A stretch of 64,000 nt of DNA from Syncephalis fuscata S228. Taxonomy: Eukaryota; Fungi; Zoopagomycota. Numbering within the stretch: position 1 is the first letter of the stretch; the number at the start of each line of letters is the position of its first letter. The position numbers and the translations under genes were made by a program. Shown in pieces: positions 53,131 through 64,000 of this stretch. The stretch spans positions 18,998-82,997 of the forward strand of contig JAHLTZ010000057.1 in the NCBI GenBank assembly GCA_025786725.1, read 5' to 3'. The notes under the pieces are model-generated. The model did not search any database, had not been told where the DNA came from, and saw only the letters and a list, made by a program, of their open reading frames with translations.

Positions 53131-56100
53131 ACTGTTATTTATGTCTTTCCTATTGTATACTTATTCAATTGTACACCATTGTATCATAAATATTGACACT
53201 TTATTTATAACTATTGTTTGTTTGTTTATAGCTTTATTAGTAATATATTTCAGCTTAATTTTTCTATTGAGCTGCATGCACTATAACTTCAGCATTGCTA
53301 TTCGTACACCTTCATCAAGGTCATGACTATAAAACCAATACTAGCTATACATGTAGTGCATAGTATTTATTATACAATGCTCATATATTGCTTTATAGTC
53401 GATCAAACATAACGGCAAACTATAAGTGTATCAATAATAGTAGTATAGGTATTGCCAAACACAGCGTGGTGTCATCGCCAGTGTCTACAGCACGGCAATG
53501 ACTAAACAATTGCCATTCTTACATATTGCTACAGTATCGACAGTAAAATAAGTATATGATGTATACAATGCATTATCAATCAATCTTGGATATGCTTATT
53601 CATTTGAAGCATTACAACATATTTACTGTTTTGATATAATATTGATCAACTCGTATACTGGTGCATTTAACTATCTAAAAGCATATAATATTGATAGACA
53701 ATCAGTTTGTCATCTATATCATAGCACGTAAAGCAGCTACAACTGATACCTTTAATATTAACGGATATAGCTACAGATACAAGTATTTGTATATACATCA
53801 AATACACTACAGCTATACCTATTGCGTATATTACATACATATTTACACTATAGTTCTTACATATGATAGAAAATAACGTGTATTGCTGCTATAAAACAAT
53901 AAAAGTATTAGAAAATGCTTTAAAAATCAACTGGTTCAAATAATATAGCTAATATGTATCTACATTAATAACAGCGCTATACGCTGACTACAATATACTT
54001 AGCAACAATATACTTTTGAAGCTAAGCCTCAATGCTAATGTACTGTATAGACTATTGATATTGTTTATGGTTGCTAATGGCATTTGTGTATGTATGTATA
54101 TTGAAATAGCAATCAATTAAATAAGTGGACAAAGCAATAATATAAATAAATAAACTAATTGTTATGGCTATTAGAATCTGTGAAAATAACTTGAATAAAT
54201 ATTATATATTATTACAACTGCATGTATTGTATAAACAATATCATATTGTTTCAGTCGTATACATTTGCTGTTAATTCGCGGTATTCATGATGCTGTTGCT
54301 ATAAAAAGTAAATACAGCATCAAATGTCACATGCTGTTAGTTGTTGTGATTGCACCATATGGTTTATCGAACTATTTACTGGTTTAGCAAGGTGTAGACT
54401 GACTATTTAATATTCATGTCCGATACAGGCCTATTTGGCTAATGTAATGGTATTAAACCGCATGAGTACAACAACATGGTGATACTACAAGTTGTATATA
54501 CAGATATTCTACTGCAAATAAACAATAGTGCAAACTACTGATGTGTGTATATGTGTGAAATAGTCGAGTTACTATTTTCTGTGTAGAATATTGTGCAGTA
54601 TTGATCTAAAGAGTTCTATAATGTTATTTTCATTTGTTTGTTTCTTCTGCTTATATATTTAATTGACTGTAGCTTTGTAATCTTTCCTGTTGTAACAACT
54701 TATCTTAAAAGTAAGCAAATGTCGCGCTTATACTTGCTTTTGTATTGGTTATTGGGTGGTATTATGGCTGCTGTGCCAAGCTGTTTGTTGCATAATACTT
54801 TGCATTGCGTATGCTTTATATGTCTGCTTTGTTCAGCTACACAATGAATACTTGCTACTTGCATATGATTATCTATCCGCTTAAACTGGACAGTTTTGGT
54901 TGGCTATACTGCGTTTATACTTGCATGCATATACTGTTTACATGGTGCTGATTATATGTTTGTATGGCTTGTTGTAGTTATAGTTGGTTATAGTAATACC
55001 ATGTCACACACACAGTAGTGTTTATGCTGCTGGTCTATTCCACACAATTTTAATAATCGATAAACATGTACTATTTATCATAATTGTTTATGTATCAATA
55101 GCTTTATTTGCTGTAAAATCTGTCAACGCCACCTCGCTCTATTTGTATTCAATATACTCAGTGTAGCATTCACTTTATGCTGTCAAACTCTAGTAACTAG
55201 CTGCCTAGATTTGTTGTTGTATACATATATAGTTTGTCATAATAAATAAACACGCTTTTTATTCAAAGTCTTTTACTATGCCAACCATTATATTTGCGTA
55301 TATGTTTACTGAAAAGCCTTGTTTATTTATGCGTATGTACTCATAATACCAGCAGTATACAGCCTATTGTATAATATATATCCGATAACCGCTGTGTTTG
55401 TGGCATCTAGCTTGTTTATCATATTAGTTGTGCTTGATTGTTACTGATGTTTATACGACGTATATAATTACTTTGATACAACATGCTATACATCGCTATA
55501 AGCATACTGCATTTGCTACTGCTGTATACTGTATATTTTTCAATAAACTGTAGCTGCATTTAACTATTCAACACGAAGCTGTAAGTTGTATTGTATACAC
55601 AATATACTAATAGCCGTATAGTAATATGTATGGATACAACATGCACGCTTATTATAGTTTGACATGGCTTGTTGATATGTTTTGGCATGTCATATATTTT
55701 ACGCCTATTATATTTAAATACACCATGTATTGCTTTGAGAGTGCAAACTACATACCGCAAGTATTTATTACTTTGTACTTTTATGCAATGCTAAAACATA
55801 TCACTATACTGGACTATATGCCTATACCTGCTTGTTTAACATTGTTTATTCCATTGTAGTGTATATACAGTGTTTATTGTAGCCATGTTTGAAAATGTTG
55901 TTATAGATATTACCGATAGCTTACTGGTTGTATATAATCATGCCGCATTGCTATTGGATCATTGGAGATATGTACAATACCGCTATTGCGTATTGTATGG
56001 CGTATTACTAATTAGCTGTGTTGTATACATTGTCGCTAGGTTATATCGTGTGCTGTAACTGTCTATTGCATCTAACATGAGTATTAGAACTAAACAATTG

Positions 56101-57503
56101 TGTATTTTGATGTTTATAGCAAATCAATCGTTTATTTGATATCATAGTATGTCAAAGTACACGTTAGCACACACAAAACAGTAAAAAGACAAAAACATGA
56201 TTGTAAATAGGCAGGCAGTATATAGGATAGTATAATAACGGCACATAGTATGTTTATACAATAATATACAGTGGTATATGCAATAACACTATAGAGCGTA
56301 CATACCATAGCATATTGGGTAGCCAAAAGTCTATACATGCAAATGCAGTTGGCCACACAGTATTCAGTAGGCTGGAATGACGGATGACAAGTTGTATCGC
56401 AATGGATAGCACATTGAATGAAAAGGTACCACAATTGTATAAACAGCAACATCTATCAGATATGTTTGCTATAGTATGTATTCTACAGTGCACATGCAAA
56501 ACAATAAGCAGTCATACAATACACAGTAGGCAATGGTGCATCTGTATGGTATAAGTATGTATGCACGCGCATAACAAAGCACTACTGCAAACATAGATTA
56601 TTTGGAAACAAAGTATAGCAACATGAATGTAAACAGCAACACTAACACGACATATGCAAATATTTACGCAAGAATACTAGCTGATTAAACGGTAAGTAGT
56701 TTGAAGTAAAAATAAGCATATATTTATTATGTAGCAGTACCAGTTGTCTTACCATAGTAAACAGCTGATTATAAAAGCGTACACGACTATTTGTGTTATA
56801 CTGTCTTTATCCGCACAATAATACATAGTTCAATAAAACATAACAATGCTTACCTGTAACTTCAAAGAAGCGGTAAATGCTTCAGATGTAGACTGATAGA
56901 GCATAGTCAGAGGCTGTCAAATAGCGACCTGTCATAAACATTGACACCAGTTACAGTACTGGCTCAGGACAACTAATGCAATAATTAGAATGTAAATAAA
57001 GCACTGCACAAGCACCACTGACTACATACTAAGCAGGATGCTATGGAAGACGCTGTCGATCAAACGACAGCATATACACCAATGTTTGTTCACAGAATAC
57101 AGAGTCTGTAGCCGTTGGTGACAATGATCAAATAGCAACATTTCCTCAAATATACTACAGTCTACAAGTTAGCGTGTTAGATCTTGCATTAGTTGTTGCA
57201 TTTAAAAACGCCGATGTTTAGAAAGAAGCAGTGTTGAGCGAGAATGTTCAGGTAGTGGAATCAAACAAAGAAGGTACTTGGTAGAGAATTAACAGCGCAT
57301 ATAGTCACCACAGTCATCGTATTGACAGCTGTGCACATACATTAATAGCAACAGTAGCAACTTGCATCGTTGCACTGGTGCTGAAGACTTACTTAGCAAC
57401 TATACTAGCAGTTCGATATACTAATATTGGTGGTGTATGCATACAGCAGCTGTACATGGCGACTATGCTGGCTATATGCTGCCACAATCACTATATACAC
57501 TGC

Positions 57504-57633
57504 TTTGCTATAGATTGCCGCGGCAGATCGTACTGACAGCAGCCCGTACCGTCTCGACAGTAGTAGATCGCACTGCCGCTGTTGAAATAGTAAAGCTGTT
57601 GCCAGCTGACCTGTAGTGGCAATCTATAGCAAA
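57504..57633. repeat. 130-bp hairpin with perfect 16-bp inverted repeat
   Basis: TTTGCTATAGATTGCC (57504-57519) / GGCAATCTATAGCAAA (57618-57633). Confidence 0.85.
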
Positions 57634-57977
57634 ATATAGCGTATATTCAACATAGCATAAAAGCAAATCAGAAAGGTACCTACCGCGTTAAAGAAGCTGT
57701 CAATACCAATGTTCAAAGTGAATAAGGTAATTTGCAAAAGGTAAGCTTAAAAAAAGCAATGCAAACGATTAATGTAAAAGTGTTTGCAGTTGTCTGGTAG
57801 TCAGTAGTTACTGACACCAGCTAAGTAGCATGTATGGAGCGTATAAGTATATGCAATGGGTAATGCTATCAAGTGTGAAGAAAAAGAAAGAAAAGCGTGT
57901 GGCGTAGATTGTATGCTATGCAATCAGTAAACCGCTTTCGTAAGACACAGTGGTGAAATAATTGAGTAAGCATTTAT

Positions 57978-58900
57978 TGTGACTTGGTAGTCAAATGGCT
58001 AACATTTAATAACATCCAATCTATTGAACATGATGATGAGTGGTGAGTGACATTAGTTATCAAATACTTATCAGCATCGATTCGTTATCCAGTACGCATA
58101 TATCCACCATTTACCTATATCATTCCCATTTTATGCCATATTAAATACATTCTGTTTGCTATGAGTTTTAAATATATATAGTCTAATGAGCAAGTTGAGC
58201 AAGATTAGTCGAACTTTATTAATAGTAGAGCTAAAACAAAAAGAACAGCTGCAATAGATAGCCAGCAGCCATTAGACAATAAAACAGCATATAATATAAA
58301 GAATATGCAATACGCAGTAACGATTAGCAATGTTAATGTTATTGAGCATATATGCATGAGCAGATGACCGACATTAGTCGATATTTATTAATAATAAAGC
58401 TAGAACAAAAGTATAAACAGATTTGGATAGAGGAAGGCTAAGCGATTATAGAATGATATATAGAATAATAAATGTACGGTGAAAAAGCATATAAAATAAA
58501 GTTAAAGCTATAGTGCATATAACGCAATGAGTAGACTGAATGGAGTTTGTTGGTGTATATAAACAATAAAGTGTGTCTAGTCTATCGTAGAATGGGATAC
58601 AATGGTGTGGGATAGTACAGGAATGATATAGGTAAATAATATATATATTTACTAAATATATGCATACTGGATAACGAATCTATGCTGATGAGTATTTTGA
58701 TGATTGATGTCACTCACCACTCATCATCATGTTCAATAGATTGGGCGTCATTAAATATTAGTCATTTGTCCCCCAAAAAAGCAATAAGTGTGATGATGTG
58801 ATGATTAAATCAAACTCACCACTTGTCCCCATGTTCAATAGATTAAATGTGCAGTTCAATTGCGCGAATGTTATCAATATAGTCATTTGACCCTCAAATC
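57978..58900. mobile_element. Foldback/MITE-like repeat unit with convergent inverted arms (family A, longest copy)
   Basis: Left arm 57990-58130 (CAATCTATTGAACATGATGATGAGTGGTGAGTGACAT...GATTCGTTATCCAGTA) pairs with right arm 58620-58770; spacer homologous to 11920-12005. Confidence 0.75.
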
Positions 58901-59331
58901 ATAATATAATCTAATGATTTGATAATTTAATAAAAATGATTATTCAATAAAATAAACGTTTAGTTTGACTGGGCGAGTGCTGTCAAACAAGTCAATTGGT
59001 ACCAATCATAATAATTGTTTATTCATATTACATCAGCACTTGCACCCACACTATAAAAACAGACTGCCGATCGCATAGCACACGATTTGCGTCACACGTT
59101 CCTCTTTCTCTTTCATCACACTTGACAGCATTCATCCACTAGCCACGTTCCCACTTGCACTTGTTTCCATAAGTCCGGTATATGCTTTGCTTGCTATATG
59201 TCATTGTTAGTCTATTAGTATAAGCATGCCTAGTCTTGGTACTACATACCGCCCTACTGTATGGCGCCATACAGCAGTGCTAGCGGTATCGTTTTACCTT
59301 GTGGGCAGCTGCTAGTATGCTAATTATGGCA

Positions 59332-59665
59332 ATATATGCTACCAAACATATACGGTTATCTTTATCTTTCTCTTTATCTTCCTCTTTCTTTTCCTCTTTC
59401 TCTTCATCCTTTTTTTCACTGACCTTCCATTACTTACCGTACTAGCAACAGTGTATGCTGGATATATGCTACCAAGCATACACTGTTATCATTCTCTTTC
59501 TTTCCCTCCTTTCCCATCCTTTTCACTAACCTTCCATTACTTACCGTACTAGCAACAGTGTATGCTGGATATATGCTACCAAGCATATACTGTTCCTTTC
59601 TCACCCTCTCCTTATCATTACCTCTATACCTTCCATTGCTCACCGTGCTAGCAATAGTGTGTTTA
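59332..59665. repeat. Three-unit tandem repeat (~107-130 bp)
   Basis: ATATATGCTACCAA.CATA.AC at 59332, 59462 and 59569; CCTTCCATT.CT.ACCGT.CTAGCAA.AGTGT occurs three times, separated by variable pyrimidine tracts. Confidence 0.9.
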
Positions 59666-59922
59666 GCTATGGTAGTAGCATATAGTGCACTCTGTACTGG
59701 CCATACAGCAGTGCCATTATATGCACTGCCTGTAAACACCTGCTAGCACGATGTTGCATTGGCAGCTCTTCTTCTCTTTCCCTTTTCACTTTTAACAAAC
59801 CACTTACCGGTCCTTCTTTATGATCACTGATTATGCAATGGTAAGTAACTAACTTAAATCAGTCACTAACTCTGCATATAATGCTTTAGATTTACAAGCC
59901 ATCAAGTATCAAGTTCAAGGAC

Positions 59923-61150
59923 AATGGCGATTAGTGTGTTAGCGGCCGGCTACCAAACAATATAACAACCAATGTTATATTGATGACTTTAGATTTAGAT
60001 TACTAACTTACTAACCTGTATTGATAATTACAAATTTATATCATAAATAAAAATCACCAAATTGTTTTAGTGTGCTAGCGGCCGGCTACACAACATTGCA
60101 ACATACTAACTTTATACATATATTGTTTTAAATTTTAGATACCGGATACTAACACTAACATTTATTGATTATTATAGATTTTAGATAGCCGGACACCAGT
60201 ACCAACACCGGCATCAACACCAGCACCAACACCAGTACCAACACCGGCATCAGCACCAACATCAACACCAGCACCAGCACCAACATCACACCACCAGCAC
60301 CAGCACCAGCACCAACATCACACCAGCACCAGCACCAGCACCAACACCAGCATCAGCACCAACACCACACCAGCACCAGCACCAACACCAGCATCAGCAC
60401 CAACACCAACATCACACCAGCACCAGCACCAACACCAGCACCAGCACCAACACCAGCACGCATCACACCAACCAACACCAGCATCAGCACCAGCACCAAC
60501 ACCAACCAGCATCAGCACCAGCACCAACACCACACCAGCACCAGCACCAGCACCAACACCAGCATCAGCACCAGCACCAACACCAACACCAGCATCAGCA
60601 CCAGCACCAACATCAACACCAGCATCAGCACCACACCAGCACCAGCACCAGCACCAACACAACACCAGCATCAGCACCAGCACCAACACCAACACCGCAT
60701 CAGCACCAGCACCAGCACCGCATCAGCACCAACACCGCATCAGCACCCACCACACCATGCACCAGCACCAACACCGCATCAACACCAACACCAACACCAG
60801 CATCAACACCAGTACTAGCACCAGCGCCGGCATCAGTACTAGCACCAGTACCGGCATCAGTATCAACACCAACACCAGTACCGGCACCAACATCGGCACC
60901 GGCACCAACACCAGTAACAATATTAACATTGGCATAAAAACTAACACTAACATTGTATTTATTATTTTAGATTCGTAGGTAGCCGGCCATGGACACCCAG
61001 CGTAAGTATTATTATTATACATAGCCGGCCGCTAGCACACTAAAACAAATATGCAATAACAATTCAAGACAATTGTCTACTAACGTACTAACATTGTATT
61101 TATTGTTTTAGAATTGTAGGTAGCCGGCCGCTAACACACTAATCGCCATT
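59923..61150. mobile_element. Candidate non-autonomous TIR element with nested inverted repeats
   Basis: Perfect 32-bp outer IR AATGGCGATTAGTGTGTTAGCGGCCGGCTACC (59923-59954 / 61119-61150) and perfect 27-bp inner IR TTGTTTTAGTGTGCTAGCGGCCGGCTA (60062-60088 / 61022-61048). Confidence 0.6.
60193..60915 (+). repeat. Hexamer minisatellite (CACCAG/CACCAA/CATCAG variants)
   Basis: ~720 bp of C/A-rich 6-bp units; reads as Pro-Ala/Pro-Thr/Ser-Ala repeats in one frame, with several 1-nt slips. Confidence 0.95.
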
Positions 61151-62124
61151 TTAAGTAAGTAAGTAATGTGATAAAGCAGTTGTAGCAGTATCCATCATAA
61201 TTTGTATGTGGTGGTATACCGCCACCAATAAACGGTGGTATACCATCACAACAATAGCAACAATAGCAACAATAGCAACTTCACAAGTACTTGATGTGAC
61301 ATCATCAAGATTAATTGATACTATTGCTATCAATTAACAGCAAGATTAAAAAAGGATATTGGATCAATTAATAATATATTATTTATTGGTAATATCCAAG
61401 TGATTAGTAATTGATATTACCAAACAATATCCGAGCAAAGCATTAAATAAAAGCACATAGCTACTAAATAAGTAGATGCAAAGCTTTATACTTTTGCATC
61501 TCAATCAAAAAATCAATACAATATAGTTTATTGTATCTAATCAAGTGAATTGTGACAATAAATATTATACAATTAGTATATGTTGCACATACTAACTAGT
61601 CATTAAACAATTTAATGATGCTTATAGTATGATCAGCAGATCAAATGGCAATATTTAAAAGCATTTAATGTACTGAACATGATAATGGATGATGAATAAA
61701 TAAAATAGAAAATAGACATTAATGTAGATGTACTATCCAGTAAGCATATATCCAGTGTGCATATACTTAATATGCATACATCCAGTATTTACATATATCA
61801 TTGTATGATATCGTGTGTATATCATATTAATTGTAGGAAGCAATATACACGACTCATTCATGTCAGTATGTTATAGTGCTTACAACATGCAATGATTTAT
61901 ATTAATTATTACCTCACATATATGATGTATTGCATCGGTAGATTGACACTCACATATTGAATAATAGAATTTAGCACTCATTACCATAAAGTTATGTACG
62001 TTTATATACACAGATGTAGCATTAACTAAACAATAACTTGCAATTGAATTTATTGTTCTAGAACATATATTGACAGACATATACTAATTGAATAATGAAG
62101 CAAATAAAAAAGGAATTATTTGAA

Positions 62125-62595
62125 TAAATAAGTGATTGACTAATTGACGGACAAATTGAATAACTAAATAAGCAACTAATTGCCCAACTGAACAACTAAA
62201 TGATCAACCAATTGAATAAACGACTAACTAATTGACCAACTAATTGACCAAATATTGACTAACTAGTTGGCATAATTGACCAACTAATTGACTAGCAATA
62301 TTACAGACTAACGACTCGACTAATTCGTAGACATTAATAATCAACAATATAAGAAGTAGACAACCAATTGCATAAATGATTGAACAATAGACTAAATAAC
62401 AGAATGGTTGACAGATTGACAGACTGGTCAACTAACGGATTGAGTAAGCAATTAAATGACAGATAGACAGACAAACTAAATAATGGAATAATAGACAGAC
62501 AGACAGACAGAACAACTAATTGATTAAATGACCAACTAACAAACTAACTAACCGACAGATTGACCAACTAACAGATTAAATGACTAGATAGTTGA
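62125..62595. repeat. Degenerate satellite built from 4/12-bp units (e.g. CAACTAATTGAC, GACA)
   Basis: Repeated AACTAATTGACC, GACTAACTAATTGA and AGACAGACAGAC words. Confidence 0.75.
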
Positions 62596-62633
62596 ACATA
62601 GGTAGTTTAGCCACCACATTTTAATATATTTAT

Positions 62634-63140
62634 TTTAGCACAATTTAGCACCAAAGTGTATATATGTTTATATACATAGATACAGCATCAACTAAGCAAT
62701 GTTTTGCAAGTTATTTGAATGTGCTAGCTTGTATATTGACGGACTTTTACTAGTGGGCCAATTTCCGCAATATTGAGTAAAAATGGCAATAATTAGCCGA
62801 TAATTGCCCATAGACTAACTAACAGAATAATGGACTAAACAACGGAATAATTGACCAAGTTAATTATCAATAGCATATTTACATAATTAATAAGTAGTTT
62901 ATGCAATAAAAGATACAACAGGCCAAATATTTGACTAAATAAAGCAAATTAACGGATAAATTGGCCAATATATGCATACATTGTAAGTGAAATATATATA
63001 TTAGCACAATATTGCACAATACAGTATATACATTTACATAGACAGATACAGCATCAATCAGGCAATATTATACAATATATTTCATTGGTATAGCTTGTGT
63101 ATTGACAGAGTTGTACTAGTGGACAATGTGAGGCAATATT
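62634..63140. repeat. Diverged ~140-bp direct repeat (62634-62775 / 63001-63140)
   Basis: TTAGCACAAT...AGATACAGCATCAA...TAGCTTGT.TATTGAC.GA.TT.TACTAGTGG...GCAATATT is present in both copies. Confidence 0.8.
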
Positions 63141-63153
63141 ATAGCAAATAGTA

Positions 63154-63236
63154 GAATAAAGGTATAATTGACTAAGTAGTTGAATAAAGGTATAATTGAC
63201 TAAGTAATTGAATAAAGGTATAATTGACTAAGTAAT
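63154..63236. repeat. 3 x 28-bp tandem repeat
   Basis: GAATAAAGGTATAATTGACTAAGTA(G/A)T at 63154, 63182 and 63210. Confidence 0.95.
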
Positions 63237-64000
63237 GGCTCAAATGACATGAGAGTAGGTGACAATGAAACAGAATGAACAGGAGATGAAGAAACAACAA
63301 TAAAACAGACAACGATTTTTTTTTATTTTTTTTGAAAATATTTTTGACAATTATTTGACAATATTTAGGGCTAATGAAGATAGGGCTTGATAAAATAGGG
63401 CTAAAATAAGAAAAATAAGACAAAAATGAAAAATGAAGGAAAATGAACAAGAAGTTACAGAACAACTATACGAGCGATAGCGAGTAGAAAACAACAAGAA
63501 CAACGACAATAGAACAACAACAACAACGACAACAACAAGAGAAGAGAGAGACAACAAAAGAGGGTTCTACCACTACGGGACCTAGTATTGGAGTTCGAAA
63601 AACGGTCACGCTAATGGCTTCATATTAGGAAGGTGCCATTCAAGCAGTAGTGCTGTGGCAATGTGCTGTGCAGATTGAGGCCAATATGAGTAAAATACAA
63701 CGAGTAAAGTGACCATTACATAGATAAATACTTAAAAACAACGCTGGGGAAGCGAGTGATGCGTAAACTACGTAAAACTACAAAACAAACAAAATACGGT
63801 AGCTGAACTACGAGTAATGACCTGCAAGAACCATACTGACTGGTCATTAGCTGAAATTACTGCAATGACTGCAATGACTGCACTAGAATAGGCCGAATTG
63901 ACCCCCAGTAGCCAGTATACCATACACAATCAACACACTATCATAATAAACAATTATAGCAATAAATAAACAAATTTATTTGTATACTTATTATTTTACC

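Noticed and set aside
52506-56499. Numerous 60-106 aa hydrophobic ORFs
   Set aside because: Composition expected from random AT-rich sequence; no splice structure or motifs.
58020-58060. Box C-like ATGATGA in family A as a snoRNA
   Set aside because: No consistent box D (CTGA) with terminal stem; the motif is part of a dispersed inverted-repeat family.
59332-59665. CRISPR-like repeat-spacer array
   Set aside because: Eukaryotic context, no cas genes, repeat too long and spacers are low-complexity pyrimidine tracts.
60193-60915. Telomere repeat array
   Set aside because: Units are heterogeneous CACCAG/CACCAA/CATCAG, not TTAGGG-like, and the array is internal and bounded by inverted repeats.
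60318-61022. Minus-strand ORFs (poly-VL, WC, GA repeats)
   Set aside because: Artefacts of translating the stop-free hexamer array.

Overview
Eukaryotic, AT-rich genomic DNA from a fungus, with many short (~45-115 nt) GT-AG introns and a few GC-AG introns. Gene content and intron style suggest an early-diverging lineage, possibly Zoopagomycota such as Syncephalis; this is an inference. Bases 1-49.5 kb are gene-dense. In order: GT4 trehalose synthase/phosphorylase (5'-truncated), TMEM256, NDUFA5, FAHD1, an RRM-like gene, TMEM19, a 7TM protein, a TPT transporter, two tandem ZIFL/YCR023C-like MFS paralogues, cysteine dioxygenase, a conserved fungal hypothetical protein, Zim17/Hep1, an alpha/beta hydrolase, an F-box gene with an internal TGA, a small orphan gene, UBR1, ChaC, kinase and secreted-protein pseudogenes, PAF1 and a DM9 protein. 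Bases ~49.6-64 kb are a gene-poor repeat zone. Most notable: (1) a near-identical 2.75-kb inverted duplication (9468-12217 / 32181-34929) brackets a 20-kb gene block, and its junctions fit a staggered-break inversion; (2) both MFS paralogues share a 3-nt 'ATG' microexon; (3) an unannotated foldback/MITE-like repeat family has at least 7 full or partial occurrences; (4) a 1.2-kb element has nested perfect inverted repeats and built-in splice-acceptor modules around a CACCAG-type hexamer array; (5) several conserved genes carry single-base deletions, probably long-read errors. All gene identifications come from recalled motifs; no database search was run.
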